Below are positions 19,831-30,475 of a stretch of DNA of 64,000 nucleotides, piece after piece. Origin of the DNA: a virus (lineage: Duplodnaviria; Caudoviricetes); IMG/VR virus record IMGVR_UViG_3300010356_002264; one strand, written 5' to 3'. Each line of letters opens with the position of its first letter. Within the stretch, counting starts at the first letter, position 1. The notes below the pieces were generated by a model. That model did not search any database. It saw only the letters and a list, made by a program, of their open reading frames with translations, and was not told the origin of the DNA. The position numbers and the translations under genes were made by a program.

Positions 19831-22098
19831 ATGAGAGGTTCTGCTACGAGCGGTGGCCGGCTCCCGGCCGAAGAGATGACGGCCCTGTCGCGCGCCGAGA
19901 TCCTGCGGGATCCTGCGACGCTGCGGGAGCGTAACCGGAGGCGCGACCCCGGCAACCTGTGGGGGTTGGGGGTCGCGCGAGTGCTAGCGGTCGACCCCGC
20001 GACGCTCCAGGTGACCCTGCGGGTCGTGCTGGGGGCGCCGGACGACCAGCCCAAGATGCCCGTGGCGGTCCCCATGCCGATGGCGGGTCGCCGCCACCTG
20101 CTCGGCGGTCTCCCCGAGGTGGGAGACTATGCGGTGGTCGGCTGGATCCCGCAGGAGTCGCTGGCCCCACGCGCGCGGACGCCCGTCATCGTGGGGTGGG
20201 TGGTCCCTGGCGTGCCCCTCGGGCTGCTCGGGGCGCGGTCCTCGATGCTCTCCGCGGACGACGCGGACCTCGACGACGAGACCGTGCGCGGCGTGCTCGG
20301 TCCGGACGCCCCCGCGCGGTACCGGTTCCTCGGGTTGAACCCGGGAGACATCGCGGGGAGCTCCGCCGCGGGCGCTGACCTCCTCGTGGGGTCGGGGGTT
20401 CGCGCGGTCGCGCAGGGAGGGAGCGAGGTGACCGCGCGCGGCGACGACGACTCCGTGGTCGCGCGCGGCGTCACCATCCATGAGGCCGCGGCCGGCGTGC
20501 GTGTCTACGCCGGCCCGGTGCGCAGGGACGCCCTCCTGCCCCCGTTCGGTGTGGTGGCCCGCGACCTGCCCGAGGCCGACCGACGCGGCCACGCGGAGGA
20601 CGAGCTCGTGCCGGCGGTCGAGCTGGACCGGGGACCTGGGGCCACGGGGCAGCCGCTGGAGCGCGTGCCCGACGACCTGGACCCCTACCAGGTGTGGGTG
20701 CGGGCCGGTTGGGGAGACGAGAACGGGAAGCTGTCGGAGGCGAGCGCGGAAGCGGTAGCGGACCCCGCTACCCGCGTGGCGGGGGGCCGGAGGTACAGGC
20801 TCGTCCCCGCGCGCCCGGGCGAGCCGGGTCCGGAGGACCTGCACTTCGCTGAGTGGCGCATTGAGGCGGCGTTCGAGGCCCGACCGCAGATCCCCACGAC
20901 GGAGGTGACGGACGGAATCGACGCAGAGCGCCTGCCCACCCCCCAGGGAGAGGCCCCTCCGGAGCGGCCGACCGTGCGCCTGGCACTGGGCACCGCGGTG
21001 GGAAATGACCCATGGGGGGCTCCAGACAGCTACGGGCGGCCCCTTCGTCCCCGCACTAGAACTCAGGGGGTTCCGGACCCGCGGGTCGAGGCCGGTGGGA
21101 GCCCAGAGGACTTCGCGGCCTTCCTGTTGGAGGTGGACCCCACGACCGAGGATGCGCCCCCGTGCTTCGTGGGGATCGACCGCGGGGGTCGCGCGCGCGT
21201 GTCGCTGGCCGGCACTGTCGAGGACGCGGCCCTCGACGTCGTGGCGGCTGGACGCGGGCAGGTGAGCTTCGGAGGTGACCTTCAGGTCGAGGCGGAGCTC
21301 GGAGCAACGATGCGAGACCGCGGTGCACGGGGAGTCCTGCTGGCGTCCGATCGAGGCCCCGTCGTACTTCAGGGGAGCGGACCCGGCATGGTGCAGGACG
21401 GGCCGTCGATCCGACTGGAGGCCGTTGCGGGGAACGCGCTGCTGCGAGCGGCCGACACCGCGCAGGTGCGGGCGGTCACGGTGAAGCTCGTCGGGGACTC
21501 GGTCCAAGCGTCGGCGACTCAGGACGTCAACATCGAGGCGGGCGGGCGGCTATCGACGAGCTGCTCGATCGGGGCCGCCTACTACTCGACGCGACGCGAG
21601 GAGCTTCATGGGGGCAACAAGGGACCGCTCCACACGCGGACCTACAAGCCCGCGCTACCCGGCCAGACGTGCGAGAAGGTCACCTACGAGACGGGAGACC
21701 GGGAGGAGACCTTCAAGCTCGGGTCCCACACCACGACCATCCAGGTGGGGTCCATGACCTACCAGACGGAGCTTGGGGCCATCCACCTGCGCGCGGTCCA
21801 GACAAAGATCGACATGGACTCGACGGGGCTACGCGGAGAGGCAGCGGTGGGGGTCGTGACGCTCGACGCCAAGACGGGGCCCATATCGCTGCGCGGCACC
21901 GTGAGCGCCGAGCTCGTCACGAGCGCCGGAGCCGTCACGGTGTCCGGTGCGCAGTCGGTCTACCTCGGGGCGCAGGTGCAGAAGAACGAGCTTGGCCCGA
22001 TCATATCGGCGGGGTCTAACGACCCGCTGACGGGCCTCCCGTTCGCCACCTGGGGGATGGGGTCGCCCTTCCACCTGATCGGCCCCCCGAAGGGGTAG
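19831..22098 (+). CDS. baseplate spike / gp5-VgrG-like protein
   Basis: OB-fold-like GGLPEVGDYAVVGW; C-terminal beta-strand repeats; lies next to the hub gene. Confidence 0.65.
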   Translation: MRGSATSGGRLPAEEMTALSRAEILRDPATLRERNRRRDPGNLWGLGVARVLAVDPATLQVTLRVVLGAPDDQPKMPVAVPMPMAGRRHLLGGLPEVGDYAVVGWIPQESLAPRARTPVIVGWVVPGVPLGLLGARSSMLSADDADLDDETVRGVLGPDAPARYRFLGLNPGDIAGSSAAGADLLVGSGVRAVAQGGSEVTARGDDDSVVARGVTIHEAAAGVRVYAGPVRRDALLPPFGVVARDLPEADRRGHAEDELVPAVELDRGPGATGQPLERVPDDLDPYQVWVRAGWGDENGKLSEASAEAVADPATRVAGGRRYRLVPARPGEPGPEDLHFAEWRIEAAFEARPQIPTTEVTDGIDAERLPTPQGEAPPERPTVRLALGTAVGNDPWGAPDSYGRPLRPRTRTQGVPDPRVEAGGSPEDFAAFLLEVDPTTEDAPPCFVGIDRGGRARVSLAGTVEDAALDVVAAGRGQVSFGGDLQVEAELGATMRDRGARGVLLASDRGPVVLQGSGPGMVQDGPSIRLEAVAGNALLRAADTAQVRAVTVKLVGDSVQASATQDVNIEAGGRLSTSCSIGAAYYSTRREELHGGNKGPLHTRTYKPALPGQTCEKVTYETGDREETFKLGSHTTTIQVGSMTYQTELGAIHLRAVQTKIDMDSTGLRGEAAVGVVTLDAKTGPISLRGTVSAELVTSAGAVTVSGAQSVYLGAQVQKNELGPIISAGSNDPLTGLPFATWGMGSPFHLIGPPKG

Positions 22099-22099
22099 C

Positions 22100-22330
22100 T
22101 TACAGCCTGGACGCTAGGGGGCACGCCGGGCATATGGAGTCGGTCGACGGAGCGGCCCCGCAGGGCTCGACGACCGCGATGATCTGGTAGCCATCTCCAG
22201 CGATGGAGACGACCCGCATGTGGGGGTTCTCCTCCACCCACTTCGCGAGGCGCTCTCCGGCGTCGAAGTTGCCGCGTCCGCGCTCGTCGAAGCTCTGGCT
22301 GAATACTTCTACCTGCTGCTTGTTCCTCAT
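22100..22330 (-). CDS. hypothetical protein
   Basis: GGAGG SD and ATGA overlap. Confidence 0.55.
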   Translation of the reverse strand: MRNKQQVEVFSQSFDERGRGNFDAGERLAKWVEENPHMRVVSIAGDGYQIIAVVEPCGAAPSTDSICPACPLASRL

Positions 22331-22566
22331 GCGGCCTCCTTGGCACGACGATGCGGGGGATCGACCTTGGCGAGCCGCCTGCGCAGCGCCTGAAGCTCGT
22401 TGTCGAGGCGCTGGAACTGGACGGTCGGCCACTCCTCGGTGGACTCTGACTCGTTGTGCGCCTCGGACTCGGCCTCCATCTCGGACTCGATGTCGAGGAG
22501 GCGCTCCCGGATGCGTGCAACCTCAGGGTTTGGAGTCTCAGGGGTGACTTGGGGTTTGCGGCTCAT
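22327..22566 (-). CDS. small coiled-coil protein
   Basis: CAGCTC at -36 and CGACTA at -12. Confidence 0.7.
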   Translation of the reverse strand: MSRKPQVTPETPNPEVARIRERLLDIESEMEAESEAHNESESTEEWPTVQFQRLDNELQALRRRLAKVDPPHRRAKEAA

Positions 22567-22596
22567 ACCGTGTAGTCGAGGATCAACAACCGTACG

Positions 22597-22615
22597 GAGC
22601 TGACCTTCTCAGCTC
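22597..22615. promoter_or_regulatory. back-to-back CAGCTC promoter pair
   Basis: GAGCTG-ACCTTCT-CAGCTC; each copy is 36 nt from its ATG (22566-, 22646+). Confidence 0.8.
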
Positions 22616-22645
22616 CGCATGCGGTCCGCAGAATCACCCCCCCAC

Positions 22646-23908
22646 ATGGGATGCTTTGACCTCTCCTGCTGCGTGTCTGGGCTGCCGATCCGAGCCGACG
22701 ACCCGGTGATGTTCTTCCTCGTCACCAAGAACCCCAGCGCGCGACGCTGCACTCACAGTGTGGACGGCACCTGGGTCGCCCGCACATTCCCGCTGCGGGC
22801 CCGCTACAATGACTACGGGAGCATCGAGGAGGTCGAGGAGGGACCGCTGCGCGACGTCATCCTGGAGGGTCTCGCTCAGGACGTCGTCGAGAAGGGCGTG
22901 GGATCCAACGTCTGTCACGACGTGGCAGTGCGACGGGACATGGACTTTGACGCCCTGCTCCGTGCCCTGTGGGAGGGGCGCGTCGAGGTGCGGGCCGGCT
23001 TCGGGCGGGGGACGCGCAAGGAACCCACGCATGAGGACAAGATAGCGTGGGACGCTGAAGCTGGACCCGGCGTCCCCACGATACGAAGAATCGAGGAGGC
23101 GATCACGAAGGCTGGACTGCCCGTGGCCTTCAACGTCGACGGGAACTGGAACTTACCCAACGGTTACATCGTGGACCGTCTCAATCCCGGCGAGGTGACT
23201 ATTCGGTACTTCGGTGGGTTTGGACTTGGCCAGGAGGGGACGGCCCAGCACCTGGAGAAGGTGCTCCCCCTACTCACCGAGTACGCGACCGCCCTGTGGC
23301 CCCACGACTACAACGAGGCGGAGATCCGGGTGCGGCCGAAGGTCGGGACGACCTTCCACCAAATCCACCACTACTGGGACAACACCCTGTCGGTCAAGCA
23401 GGCGATGATCCGACAGGACGTGTGGGACGCGATCCTCCAGCTACGTGTCCCCAAGAGCTGGTACGCCTCGGACGGCAAGACCGTAGGGATCAGAGAGTAC
23501 GTCCGGGATGCGCGCCGCACCTGGGCGGACCTCAGCCGACCTGCTGGCATGGACGAGGTGCTGGCACGCGTCACGGAAGGGGGTGAGAAGTTCCGGGAGC
23601 GCTACGGGGCCCCGGTCCTCACCTACGTCGGAGGCGAGAGCCAGGGAGCGGGAGGGTCTGTGACGCTGTACGGGCACGCCGACCTGCTCATGCGCAAGAA
23701 GCTCAGCCGCGCGCAGGTGCGGTACATCACCCAGCGGGCTGGTGAGTTCGCCTTCGTGCGTGCGGTCCTCGGTCGCGCGGGCCGCTACCACCTGCCCTCG
23801 CACCACAGCCCCGGTCAGAGCACGCCCCCCCACCCGGCGCTCGCGCTTCAGGAGGCGATCATCAAGGTCACGCGTCGGAACCGAAGGAAGTACGACCGGA
23901 TGAGGTAG
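22646..23908 (+). CDS. hypothetical protein (paralog of 10298..11404)
   Basis: MGCFDLSCCVSGLPI and YNDYGSIEEVE; CAGCTC at -36. Confidence 0.75.
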   Translation: MGCFDLSCCVSGLPIRADDPVMFFLVTKNPSARRCTHSVDGTWVARTFPLRARYNDYGSIEEVEEGPLRDVILEGLAQDVVEKGVGSNVCHDVAVRRDMDFDALLRALWEGRVEVRAGFGRGTRKEPTHEDKIAWDAEAGPGVPTIRRIEEAITKAGLPVAFNVDGNWNLPNGYIVDRLNPGEVTIRYFGGFGLGQEGTAQHLEKVLPLLTEYATALWPHDYNEAEIRVRPKVGTTFHQIHHYWDNTLSVKQAMIRQDVWDAILQLRVPKSWYASDGKTVGIREYVRDARRTWADLSRPAGMDEVLARVTEGGEKFRERYGAPVLTYVGGESQGAGGSVTLYGHADLLMRKKLSRAQVRYITQRAGEFAFVRAVLGRAGRYHLPSHHSPGQSTPPHPALALQEAIIKVTRRNRRKYDRMR

Positions 23909-23918
23909 GATCGAGGGC

Positions 23919-24158
23919 ATGTCGCTCGCCCTACGTCGCGCGCAGGTGGTCGCCAGCGCGACCGGCATCCACCCGCAGCGCGCCCTCCCCTACCCGAAGC
24001 TCGTGACGGCGGCCCTAGCGTGGGACCCCAAGCTCCAGGGCTCTAGGCCCCCGCAGGACCCCTTGCCGGAGGCGCGCCCCCAGGAGGCACAGTCGCTGGC
24101 TCGCCGGCTGGCGATGGCGGAAGAGACCCGAACGGAGCAGAAGTACGAATCAACGTGA
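23919..24158 (+). CDS. hypothetical protein
   Basis: GGTAGGAT element upstream; overlaps the 3' end of the convergent gene. Confidence 0.5.
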   Translation: MSLALRRAQVVASATGIHPQRALPYPKLVTAALAWDPKLQGSRPPQDPLPEARPQEAQSLARRLAMAEETRTEQKYEST

Positions 24159-24666
24159 GGTCGGGGTGGGCTTCCGCGATGTCGAACATGTGAGGCCCCA
24201 GCACGACAGTTACCTGCCGCGCAGACTCTCGATGAAGGATCTGGAGGACCCCGAGCGTAAGGCTGTGCTGGGGGCTGTATTTTTCGGGGTCGAAGACGAT
24301 CACCCCGCGCAGCTTGGTCCGTCGCATGTAGTAGGCCGTGGCCCACGCGACCGCGTAGATGCTGTCGGGGCCGTTCCGCACAAAGTCCGGCAAGTTGGCC
24401 TGGAGGGGAGCACAGGCCGCAACCATGTGTAGGAACGTCTGAGCCTCATTGATGCTCAGGCGGGCATGCAGGAGGTTCAGTAACTCCAGGGAGTTCGCCG
24501 CGTGGGAGGCATCAAGCGCCAGAAGACCGGCCTCGGCTACCTCAGCCAGCCCGGACTCTGTGAGGGGTTTCGGTAGGGGGGCCCGGGAGACGTAGAAGTG
24601 CGCGTACCGGCCCACGAGGAGGTGGATCTTCTCCTGGCGGATAGGGGTGTCCTGCTGTGTGTGCAT
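24043..24666 (-). CDS. hypothetical protein
   Basis: ATG at 24666 with CAGCTC at -36. Confidence 0.65.
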   Translation of the reverse strand: MHTQQDTPIRQEKIHLLVGRYAHFYVSRAPLPKPLTESGLAEVAEAGLLALDASHAANSLELLNLLHARLSINEAQTFLHMVAACAPLQANLPDFVRNGPDSIYAVAWATAYYMRRTKLRGVIVFDPEKYSPQHSLTLGVLQILHRESARQVTVVLGPHMFDIAEAHPDLTLIRTSAPFGSLPPSPAGEPATVPPGGAPPARGPAGA

Positions 24667-24720
24667 GAAGCCACCTCGATGCGGCCGTGACGCTGGGAGC
24701 TGTAGCGGGTAGGGTGCCGC

Positions 24721-24948
24721 ATGGCGAACGACATGGTACGACTCGCGATTGACCGTGCTGTCAAGCAGTTCGGAGACAAGGGAGATGGGATCTTCCACGC
24801 GGCGGGTTTTGGGTCTGCGCTTCACGAACTCGCTGGTGTTACGGGGTCGATGGATGGGCTCGTGGTTCGTACCGTTTTGACCGGACGGGACGACGTGGAG
24901 ATCCTGCCGGGCGGGAACCACTACCGGCGGCTCTCAGCTCCGAAGTAG
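24721..24948 (+). CDS. hypothetical protein
   Basis: GGTAGGGT element upstream. Confidence 0.6.
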   Translation: MANDMVRLAIDRAVKQFGDKGDGIFHAAGFGSALHELAGVTGSMDGLVVRTVLTGRDDVEILPGGNHYRRLSAPK

Positions 24949-24970
24949 ACATCTAACCCGACCCACTCCC

Positions 24971-25543
24971 GTGCAGACCTACGAGCGGGACAAGAGCGCG
25001 GTCTTCTGCAAGACGCGGGAGCAGTACGGGGGTTACTCCAACATGGCGGCTGGGTTCCCGCTCGTCGTGAACGGGGTGGCGATCCGCACCTCTGAAGCTC
25101 TGTATCAGGCGCTGCGGTTCCCCGCGCACCCGGAGGTCCAGCGAGAGGTCATCGAGAAGAAGTCCCCCATGGCGGCCAAGATGGTCGCCAAGCACCACGC
25201 GGCCCTCACGCGGCCCGACTGGGAGGTCATCCGCGTCCCCGTCATGTGGTTCGCGCTGCGGGTGAAGCTCGCGCAGCACTGGCGGTCCTTCGGCGCGCTG
25301 CTCCAGTCGAGTGGCGGTCTACCCATTGTCGAGTTGTCGCACAAGGACACCTTCTGGGGCGCGGTCGTGCAGCCAGACGGCACGCTAGTTGGAGAGAACG
25401 TCCTGGGTCGCCTGCTCGACAAGCTCCGGGCCGTCTCCATGGACGAGTCGACGTCGCACATCGTGGTTCCGCTGCCCGAGGGGGTGAGGGACCTCCTGCT
25501 ACTCGGAGTACAGATCGAACCCGTCCACGCGTCTGTGGGTTGA
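24971..25543 (+). CDS. NADAR (YbiA-like) family protein
   Basis: YSNM, SEALYQALRF, RPDWE, KLAQH, DTFWG, GENVLGRLL. Confidence 0.9.
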   Translation: MQTYERDKSAVFCKTREQYGGYSNMAAGFPLVVNGVAIRTSEALYQALRFPAHPEVQREVIEKKSPMAAKMVAKHHAALTRPDWEVIRVPVMWFALRVKLAQHWRSFGALLQSSGGLPIVELSHKDTFWGAVVQPDGTLVGENVLGRLLDKLRAVSMDESTSHIVVPLPEGVRDLLLLGVQIEPVHASVG

Positions 25544-25555
25544 TACTATGAACGC

Positions 25556-28500
25556 ATGAACGCATGGGACATTCGCTGGGACGAGGGCACCTCTGGGGAC
25601 TCGCTCCTCGTGACGACGAGCCTCGCCGCGCGCTTTCTCCGCGGGACGGCCGGCGGCGACGTAGTCGCGCTGCTCGTCAAGGTGGGAACGGCCCCCGAGA
25701 CGGGGAACCCCGTCCTCTGGCGCATGGACCCGAACGGGAAGTTCGTCCTCCCGGACCCGGCGGCCTACCCGGACGGCCTGCCCCTGCTCGACGGGGACAA
25801 CACCGTGGTTGCGCGCCCCGTTCTCGCCTCCGGCGAGGTGGGTGCGCCCATTACAGCGCTCATCCGCAGGGTGTCCACGGTCTCGACGGCTCCGCCGTCG
25901 CCCACGGCCATCCGGGCGGAGCGCCGCAGTCAGTCGGTGGTCATCGAGGTCGAGTGCCCGATGGACCCCGCACTCAAGAGCCTGCGCTACTACGTAGCCT
26001 CGGCCCCTCGGTCGGGGGGAGCTAGCTTCTCTCTCCTGGTCGCCGACGTCGGGTTCGCGGACGAGGCCAGCGACGAGGTTGTGGTCTCTCAGGTCGAGGC
26101 CCAGGTGGGACCCCAGGCGGGCGAGGCCCGCGTGACCGCACTCATCGGAGACGTGGAGCACCTGGTGGGAACGCTCGATCTGGGCGACGACGACACCCCG
26201 GTGCGCGTTCAGGCGCAGGCAGTGCGGAGGCACACGCGTCGGATATCGCGCTACGAGCACGATCGAACGGTCCCCACCGTGGCGGGGCTGCTCGGGTCCC
26301 TCCCGCTCGACGTACCCCTGTGGTACGCGGCCTCCTGCGTGTTCGACGCTGAAGGCATCGAGGTGGAGGGGCCGCTGTCTGAGGCCGTGTCCTCCGCGCC
26401 ATTGACGACCCTGCCGCTTGGGCCCGTCACACTACCGGTCCCCTCCAGGCAGGCGATCGCGGGGAGCCTCGCGCCGGCCATCCTGCGTCGCCAGCCAGGT
26501 ATCGACGTGAAGCCCGGCAGCTTCTGGGACGACGCGTTCGTGGTGCCGGTGTCGGCTGAGATCGAGCGGGTCCGGTTCGTTCTCGACTTCGCCAACCGCG
26601 CGCGCTCGGCGCGGGCCCTCCTACAAGTGGACGACCCCGACCTCACGGGAACGAGCGTGCCCGTCTCTGAGTCGAGCTACAAGCAGTCGCTGCGGGACGC
26701 CCTGTTCCTTCCCGACGACCCGACGGTGCAGCGGGTCATCGACCGAGCCTTCGAGGCCCTCGCCTCCAACCTCGGGATCACCCGCGAGCAGGGTACGCGC
26801 GCGGAGGGCCCCGTCCAGGTGGTGTCCAGCCAGCGGCCGACGACTAGCATCAACATCGGTGCAGGGACGCGCATCGACTTCGGCGGGAGGGCCTACGTCG
26901 TGACTGTGCCCGGGTCGATCCCCGTGGATGGGCTCGCGTCTACCTATGACCCATCGACGGGACGCTACGTGACCGAAGTGCGTGCGGAGGCGGAGGTCGC
27001 GGGCAACGCCTCCAACGTCGCTGCTGGGGAGCGTGGAACCATAGAGGGGCAGCCGGACGCGGTAGCCGCGGTGGCCGCGTCCGACCTCCTCGGAGACCCC
27101 CCCGACTCCAACGCCAAGCTCACCGAGCGGATCGAGCGGGCGCTCGGCGCGGTCGACTCAGGAACCGTCGTGGGGATCGAGGCGGACGCCGCGGGCACGA
27201 GCGGGGTAGAGCAGGTCTTCTGCGTGGACCGCGATCACCCGCTGTACCGCCGCGGCCCCTGTGGGACCGACGTCTGGGTGTACGGGACGACGGCCCCTGT
27301 GCGTCGGACCGAGACGTTCGTGTTCGACGCGGCGGTCCTGCGGGCGGCGCGCGCTGTCCCCGTGGGGGACCCCCGCCGCCTGCGCTTCCGCGTCGAGGGG
27401 GCGAGCGAGGAGCGTCCGCTCCTCTACGTCATCGACAATCGTTCTCGGTCGCTCGGGGCGCGCAACATGACCCGCGGGTACTGGTTCGACTTGACCAACG
27501 TGCAGGTGTCTGGGCCCGACACCTTCGACCTGGACCCGCTGCGTAACGATCCCGGCCTTGTGGGGCAGGCTGACGAGGTGTCGGTGGACGTGCGCCTCCG
27601 CGTCTCCTCGGAGTACGTGACGGACCGGCAGCCGGTGCGGTCGATCTCCTCGCTCACGGGGGAGGAGACGGGCCTGCTCGACCCCTCAACGTACGTGCTG
27701 TCCAAGCGCGCCGACCCGCTGCTCAAGGGGCGCAGCACGGTGGCGGATGACTCTATCGTGCTGCGCCCCCCTCCGCCCGGCCAGCTCGTGTCGGTCGGCA
27801 TCCCGTCGCTGTCCGTGTCCGGCGAGCGGCACGTGGTCCTCGACGGACCCGAGCCACTCGGCCGGCTCGGCGTCGACCCCACGTCGATCGTCGTGCGCGA
27901 CCCCGCGACAGGGGCCTCGTTCCGGGGTCCCCTGGACCCTGTGCCCCCTGGTGCCGGAGACCCGGACTGGGACGTAGAGATCCCGGCGACCTCACGCGAC
28001 CCCCTGGTGCTCAGGTTCGCGCGCGACGGGAAGGTGCGGCCCGGAGACGCGGTGCTGATCGACTACGCGTACGACCAGAACTTCGTCGTCGAGTACATGT
28101 ACGAGGGGATCGTCTCCTCGGTGCAGCAGGTGTTAGGAGCTCAGCGCCACGCGGACTCGAACCCGCTCGCCAAGATCGCGGTCGAGGTGCCCGTCGACCT
28201 CAAGATGACGGTCGTGCTCCGACACGACCCCGCACGGCCCGTGTCGGTGTCCCGATCGAGCGCCGCGATCCTCACGGCACTGTCGCGCTTGTTCGCGCCA
28301 CGTCGCATGGGGGAGGCGATGCGGATCTCGGAGGTAGTCGCTGCGGTCAACGACGTGCCCGACGTGTCCTACGTGGTGCAGCCGCTGGCCCTTCAGGGGA
28401 GGTCGTACGGGTCGCTCGTGCTCGCCGAGGCCGTCGCCGATGTGGGATGGACCCGGATCGACGCCTGGTCTGGGGACACCGTGACGGCCTACCTGTCCCC

Positions 28501-28933
28501 GCTGCTCGCTTGGCCCCCGCAGCCAGGCGGAGGGACGGACCTTGACCCGGTGTCGGTGCGCGTGCGCCTGGTGCCGGTCACCACGGTGACTCAACCTCCC
28601 ACCGCTTCGGGAGAGCCGTTCCGGTCGCTGGCTCCCTCTGCCTACGTGGTGGAGGCTCGCGGCCTCGTGATCCCTGGCGTGTCGGACGACGCGACCCTCG
28701 CGTCGTTGCTTCCACCCGACTCGACTGACCCTACGATCCTGGCGGAGCGGGCCTCCCGCTCCGGCCAGCGAGTCATCGTCTTCCTCCCTCGTGAGGCCCC
28801 TCCTCCGTCAGACGTCGAGGTCACCTACGTGACGGCTGACCCACCTCGCGAACCCTCGGACGTCGAGGTGGGCCTGCTCGAGAAGGTCGTGCTTGGGCAG
28901 GTCGAGATCCTCTTCAACCAGGAGCGCCGATGA
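25556..28933 (+). CDS. baseplate J-like / wedge protein
   Basis: DVKPGS, LASNLGITREQGTRAEG, AEVAGNASNV, and GEAMRISEVVAAVNDVPDVSYV. Confidence 0.8.
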   Translation: MNAWDIRWDEGTSGDSLLVTTSLAARFLRGTAGGDVVALLVKVGTAPETGNPVLWRMDPNGKFVLPDPAAYPDGLPLLDGDNTVVARPVLASGEVGAPITALIRRVSTVSTAPPSPTAIRAERRSQSVVIEVECPMDPALKSLRYYVASAPRSGGASFSLLVADVGFADEASDEVVVSQVEAQVGPQAGEARVTALIGDVEHLVGTLDLGDDDTPVRVQAQAVRRHTRRISRYEHDRTVPTVAGLLGSLPLDVPLWYAASCVFDAEGIEVEGPLSEAVSSAPLTTLPLGPVTLPVPSRQAIAGSLAPAILRRQPGIDVKPGSFWDDAFVVPVSAEIERVRFVLDFANRARSARALLQVDDPDLTGTSVPVSESSYKQSLRDALFLPDDPTVQRVIDRAFEALASNLGITREQGTRAEGPVQVVSSQRPTTSINIGAGTRIDFGGRAYVVTVPGSIPVDGLASTYDPSTGRYVTEVRAEAEVAGNASNVAAGERGTIEGQPDAVAAVAASDLLGDPPDSNAKLTERIERALGAVDSGTVVGIEADAAGTSGVEQVFCVDRDHPLYRRGPCGTDVWVYGTTAPVRRTETFVFDAAVLRAARAVPVGDPRRLRFRVEGASEERPLLYVIDNRSRSLGARNMTRGYWFDLTNVQVSGPDTFDLDPLRNDPGLVGQADEVSVDVRLRVSSEYVTDRQPVRSISSLTGEETGLLDPSTYVLSKRADPLLKGRSTVADDSIVLRPPPPGQLVSVGIPSLSVSGERHVVLDGPEPLGRLGVDPTSIVVRDPATGASFRGPLDPVPPGAGDPDWDVEIPATSRDPLVLRFARDGKVRPGDAVLIDYAYDQNFVVEYMYEGIVSSVQQVLGAQRHADSNPLAKIAVEVPVDLKMTVVLRHDPARPVSVSRSSAAILTALSRLFAPRRMGEAMRISEVVAAVNDVPDVSYVVQPLALQGRSYGSLVLAEAVADVGWTRIDAWSGDTVTAYLSPLLAWPPQPGGGTDLDPVSVRVRLVPVTTVTQPPTASGEPFRSLAPSAYVVEARGLVIPGVSDDATLASLLPPDSTDPTILAERASRSGQRVIVFLPREAPPPSDVEVTYVTADPPREPSDVEVGLLEKVVLGQVEILFNQERR

Positions 28934-29184
28934 ACAACTCCCGCATCACCATCGACTTCCACGACGGAAACGGCCCCGTCACGTACGCGGGGGACGACTG
29001 GAACATCGTCGAGGAGAGGGACCTACGACCTACCTACGGTACCGACGGGAAGACGGTTCGCAGCCTGGACCCGAACGGGCACTATCGCATGTGTCTCAAG
29101 CTGTGGAGTGGGTGCAAGGACTTCGACTCCTTCGTGAAGGACGAGAAGCCCCTTCCCCCTGAGGGAGAGTCCCATGGCCCGTAG
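28930..29184 (+). CDS. hypothetical protein
   Basis: ATGA overlap; sits between two baseplate genes. Confidence 0.6.
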   Translation: MNNSRITIDFHDGNGPVTYAGDDWNIVEERDLRPTYGTDGKTVRSLDPNGHYRMCLKLWSGCKDFDSFVKDEKPLPPEGESHGP

Positions 29185-30475
29185 GCTGGACCTACCAGAG
29201 CCGTCCCGGTCGGAGGCGCTCCCTCCGCTGTCCGACCAGCTCCCGGGCCCCCTGGGAGCTCCGGACGCCGCGCGGGCGGACGCGGACGCCCTCCTCACGG
29301 ACGCGGGCAGCGCGGCGGCGGCCGGCTACATGGGGTCGACCTACGTCTCGGAGGTGGGGGGTCCGCTGTACCGCGACCTCCAGGAGGCGGCGGTCGAGGT
29401 GGGGTCGGCCCTCGCCCACGCGGACGCCGAGGAGGTGCTCGCCGACGCCACGTGGGCGTGGACGCGCTCCGACCTCCTCGGGGAAGTCGTACGCAAGTCG
29501 ATCGTCGAGGCCGACATCCCCAACCTGCCGAGCGACCGCGCGGTGCGGCGGCTGGCCCGCACGGTTGCCGTCCTGCTCCTGCGTGGGGCGACGCCTGAGG
29601 CGGTAGGACAAGCCGTCGCCGAGGCGATCGCCGCGGTGTCGCTGTCGAGTTCGTCGGACATCCCGCGGGTGGTCGTGCGTGAGGTGGGAGTCGCCCTCCA
29701 GGAGCTCGGGCCGCGCGCGGCCCAGCTCCTGCCGGGCGCGATCGAGGTGGAGGTCCCGTTCCCGCCCGGAGCCGACTTCGGCGTCGAGGATGCGACGGTG
29801 CGCGCGGTCATCGCGGCGACGAAGCCCGCTGCCGTATCGGCAGACGTGCGGTACGTCGCGCGGGAGCAGGTGTCCCTGCACGACGATGCCGACGCGTTGG
29901 CCGACGAGTGCATGGAGCTGAACCACGACGACGACGCGCGCTGGTACTTCTCGGGCCGCGCCCCACAGTGGGGCGAGGGGATGGTGCTGGCTGGCAACCT
30001 CGTTGCGGACGCGTCGCGAGACTTCCTGTTCGCCCCACCTGGCGCGGTCTTGTACGCCTGGGTGCCAGGGTGGCCACGCGAGGCGCGCAGACGCGTGAAC
30101 CGGGCCGCTTGCCCGCTGGAAGCACTGGGAGACAAGCTGGTCTCCTACGAGACGACACCGACGGGCCTACGGGGGTTCGGGGTGGTGCGTGACGGTCACT
30201 GGCTCGACGACCCGGACCAGGACTTCTCGCGCGTGATCGCAGGAGAGCGCCTGCGTGTGGGCGGGATGGAGTGGCCCCTTGATGCGCTGGGTGGCGCGTA
30301 TGGGGGTCCGTTGGGCCGGGCGCTGGGTCGATGCACGCGTGTCTCTGTCGCGCGCTGCGCGGTCGAGGTGGACATTCCCCTGCCTTCAGGAGTCGCGGTA
30401 CGCTACCTCGTCGAGGCCGACCGGCGCGGACGAGCGAAGACGTACCCCGTCCGCGTCGCGCTGACGACCCTCTAG
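29174..30475 (+). CDS. putative baseplate wedge (tail protein I-like)
   Basis: LLLRGATPEAV and VIAATKPAAV motifs typical of gpI-like proteins; follows baseplate J. Confidence 0.55.
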   Translation: MARRLDLPEPSRSEALPPLSDQLPGPLGAPDAARADADALLTDAGSAAAAGYMGSTYVSEVGGPLYRDLQEAAVEVGSALAHADAEEVLADATWAWTRSDLLGEVVRKSIVEADIPNLPSDRAVRRLARTVAVLLLRGATPEAVGQAVAEAIAAVSLSSSSDIPRVVVREVGVALQELGPRAAQLLPGAIEVEVPFPPGADFGVEDATVRAVIAATKPAAVSADVRYVAREQVSLHDDADALADECMELNHDDDARWYFSGRAPQWGEGMVLAGNLVADASRDFLFAPPGAVLYAWVPGWPREARRRVNRAACPLEALGDKLVSYETTPTGLRGFGVVRDGHWLDDPDQDFSRVIAGERLRVGGMEWPLDALGGAYGGPLGRALGRCTRVSVARCAVEVDIPLPSGVAVRYLVEADRRGRAKTYPVRVALTTL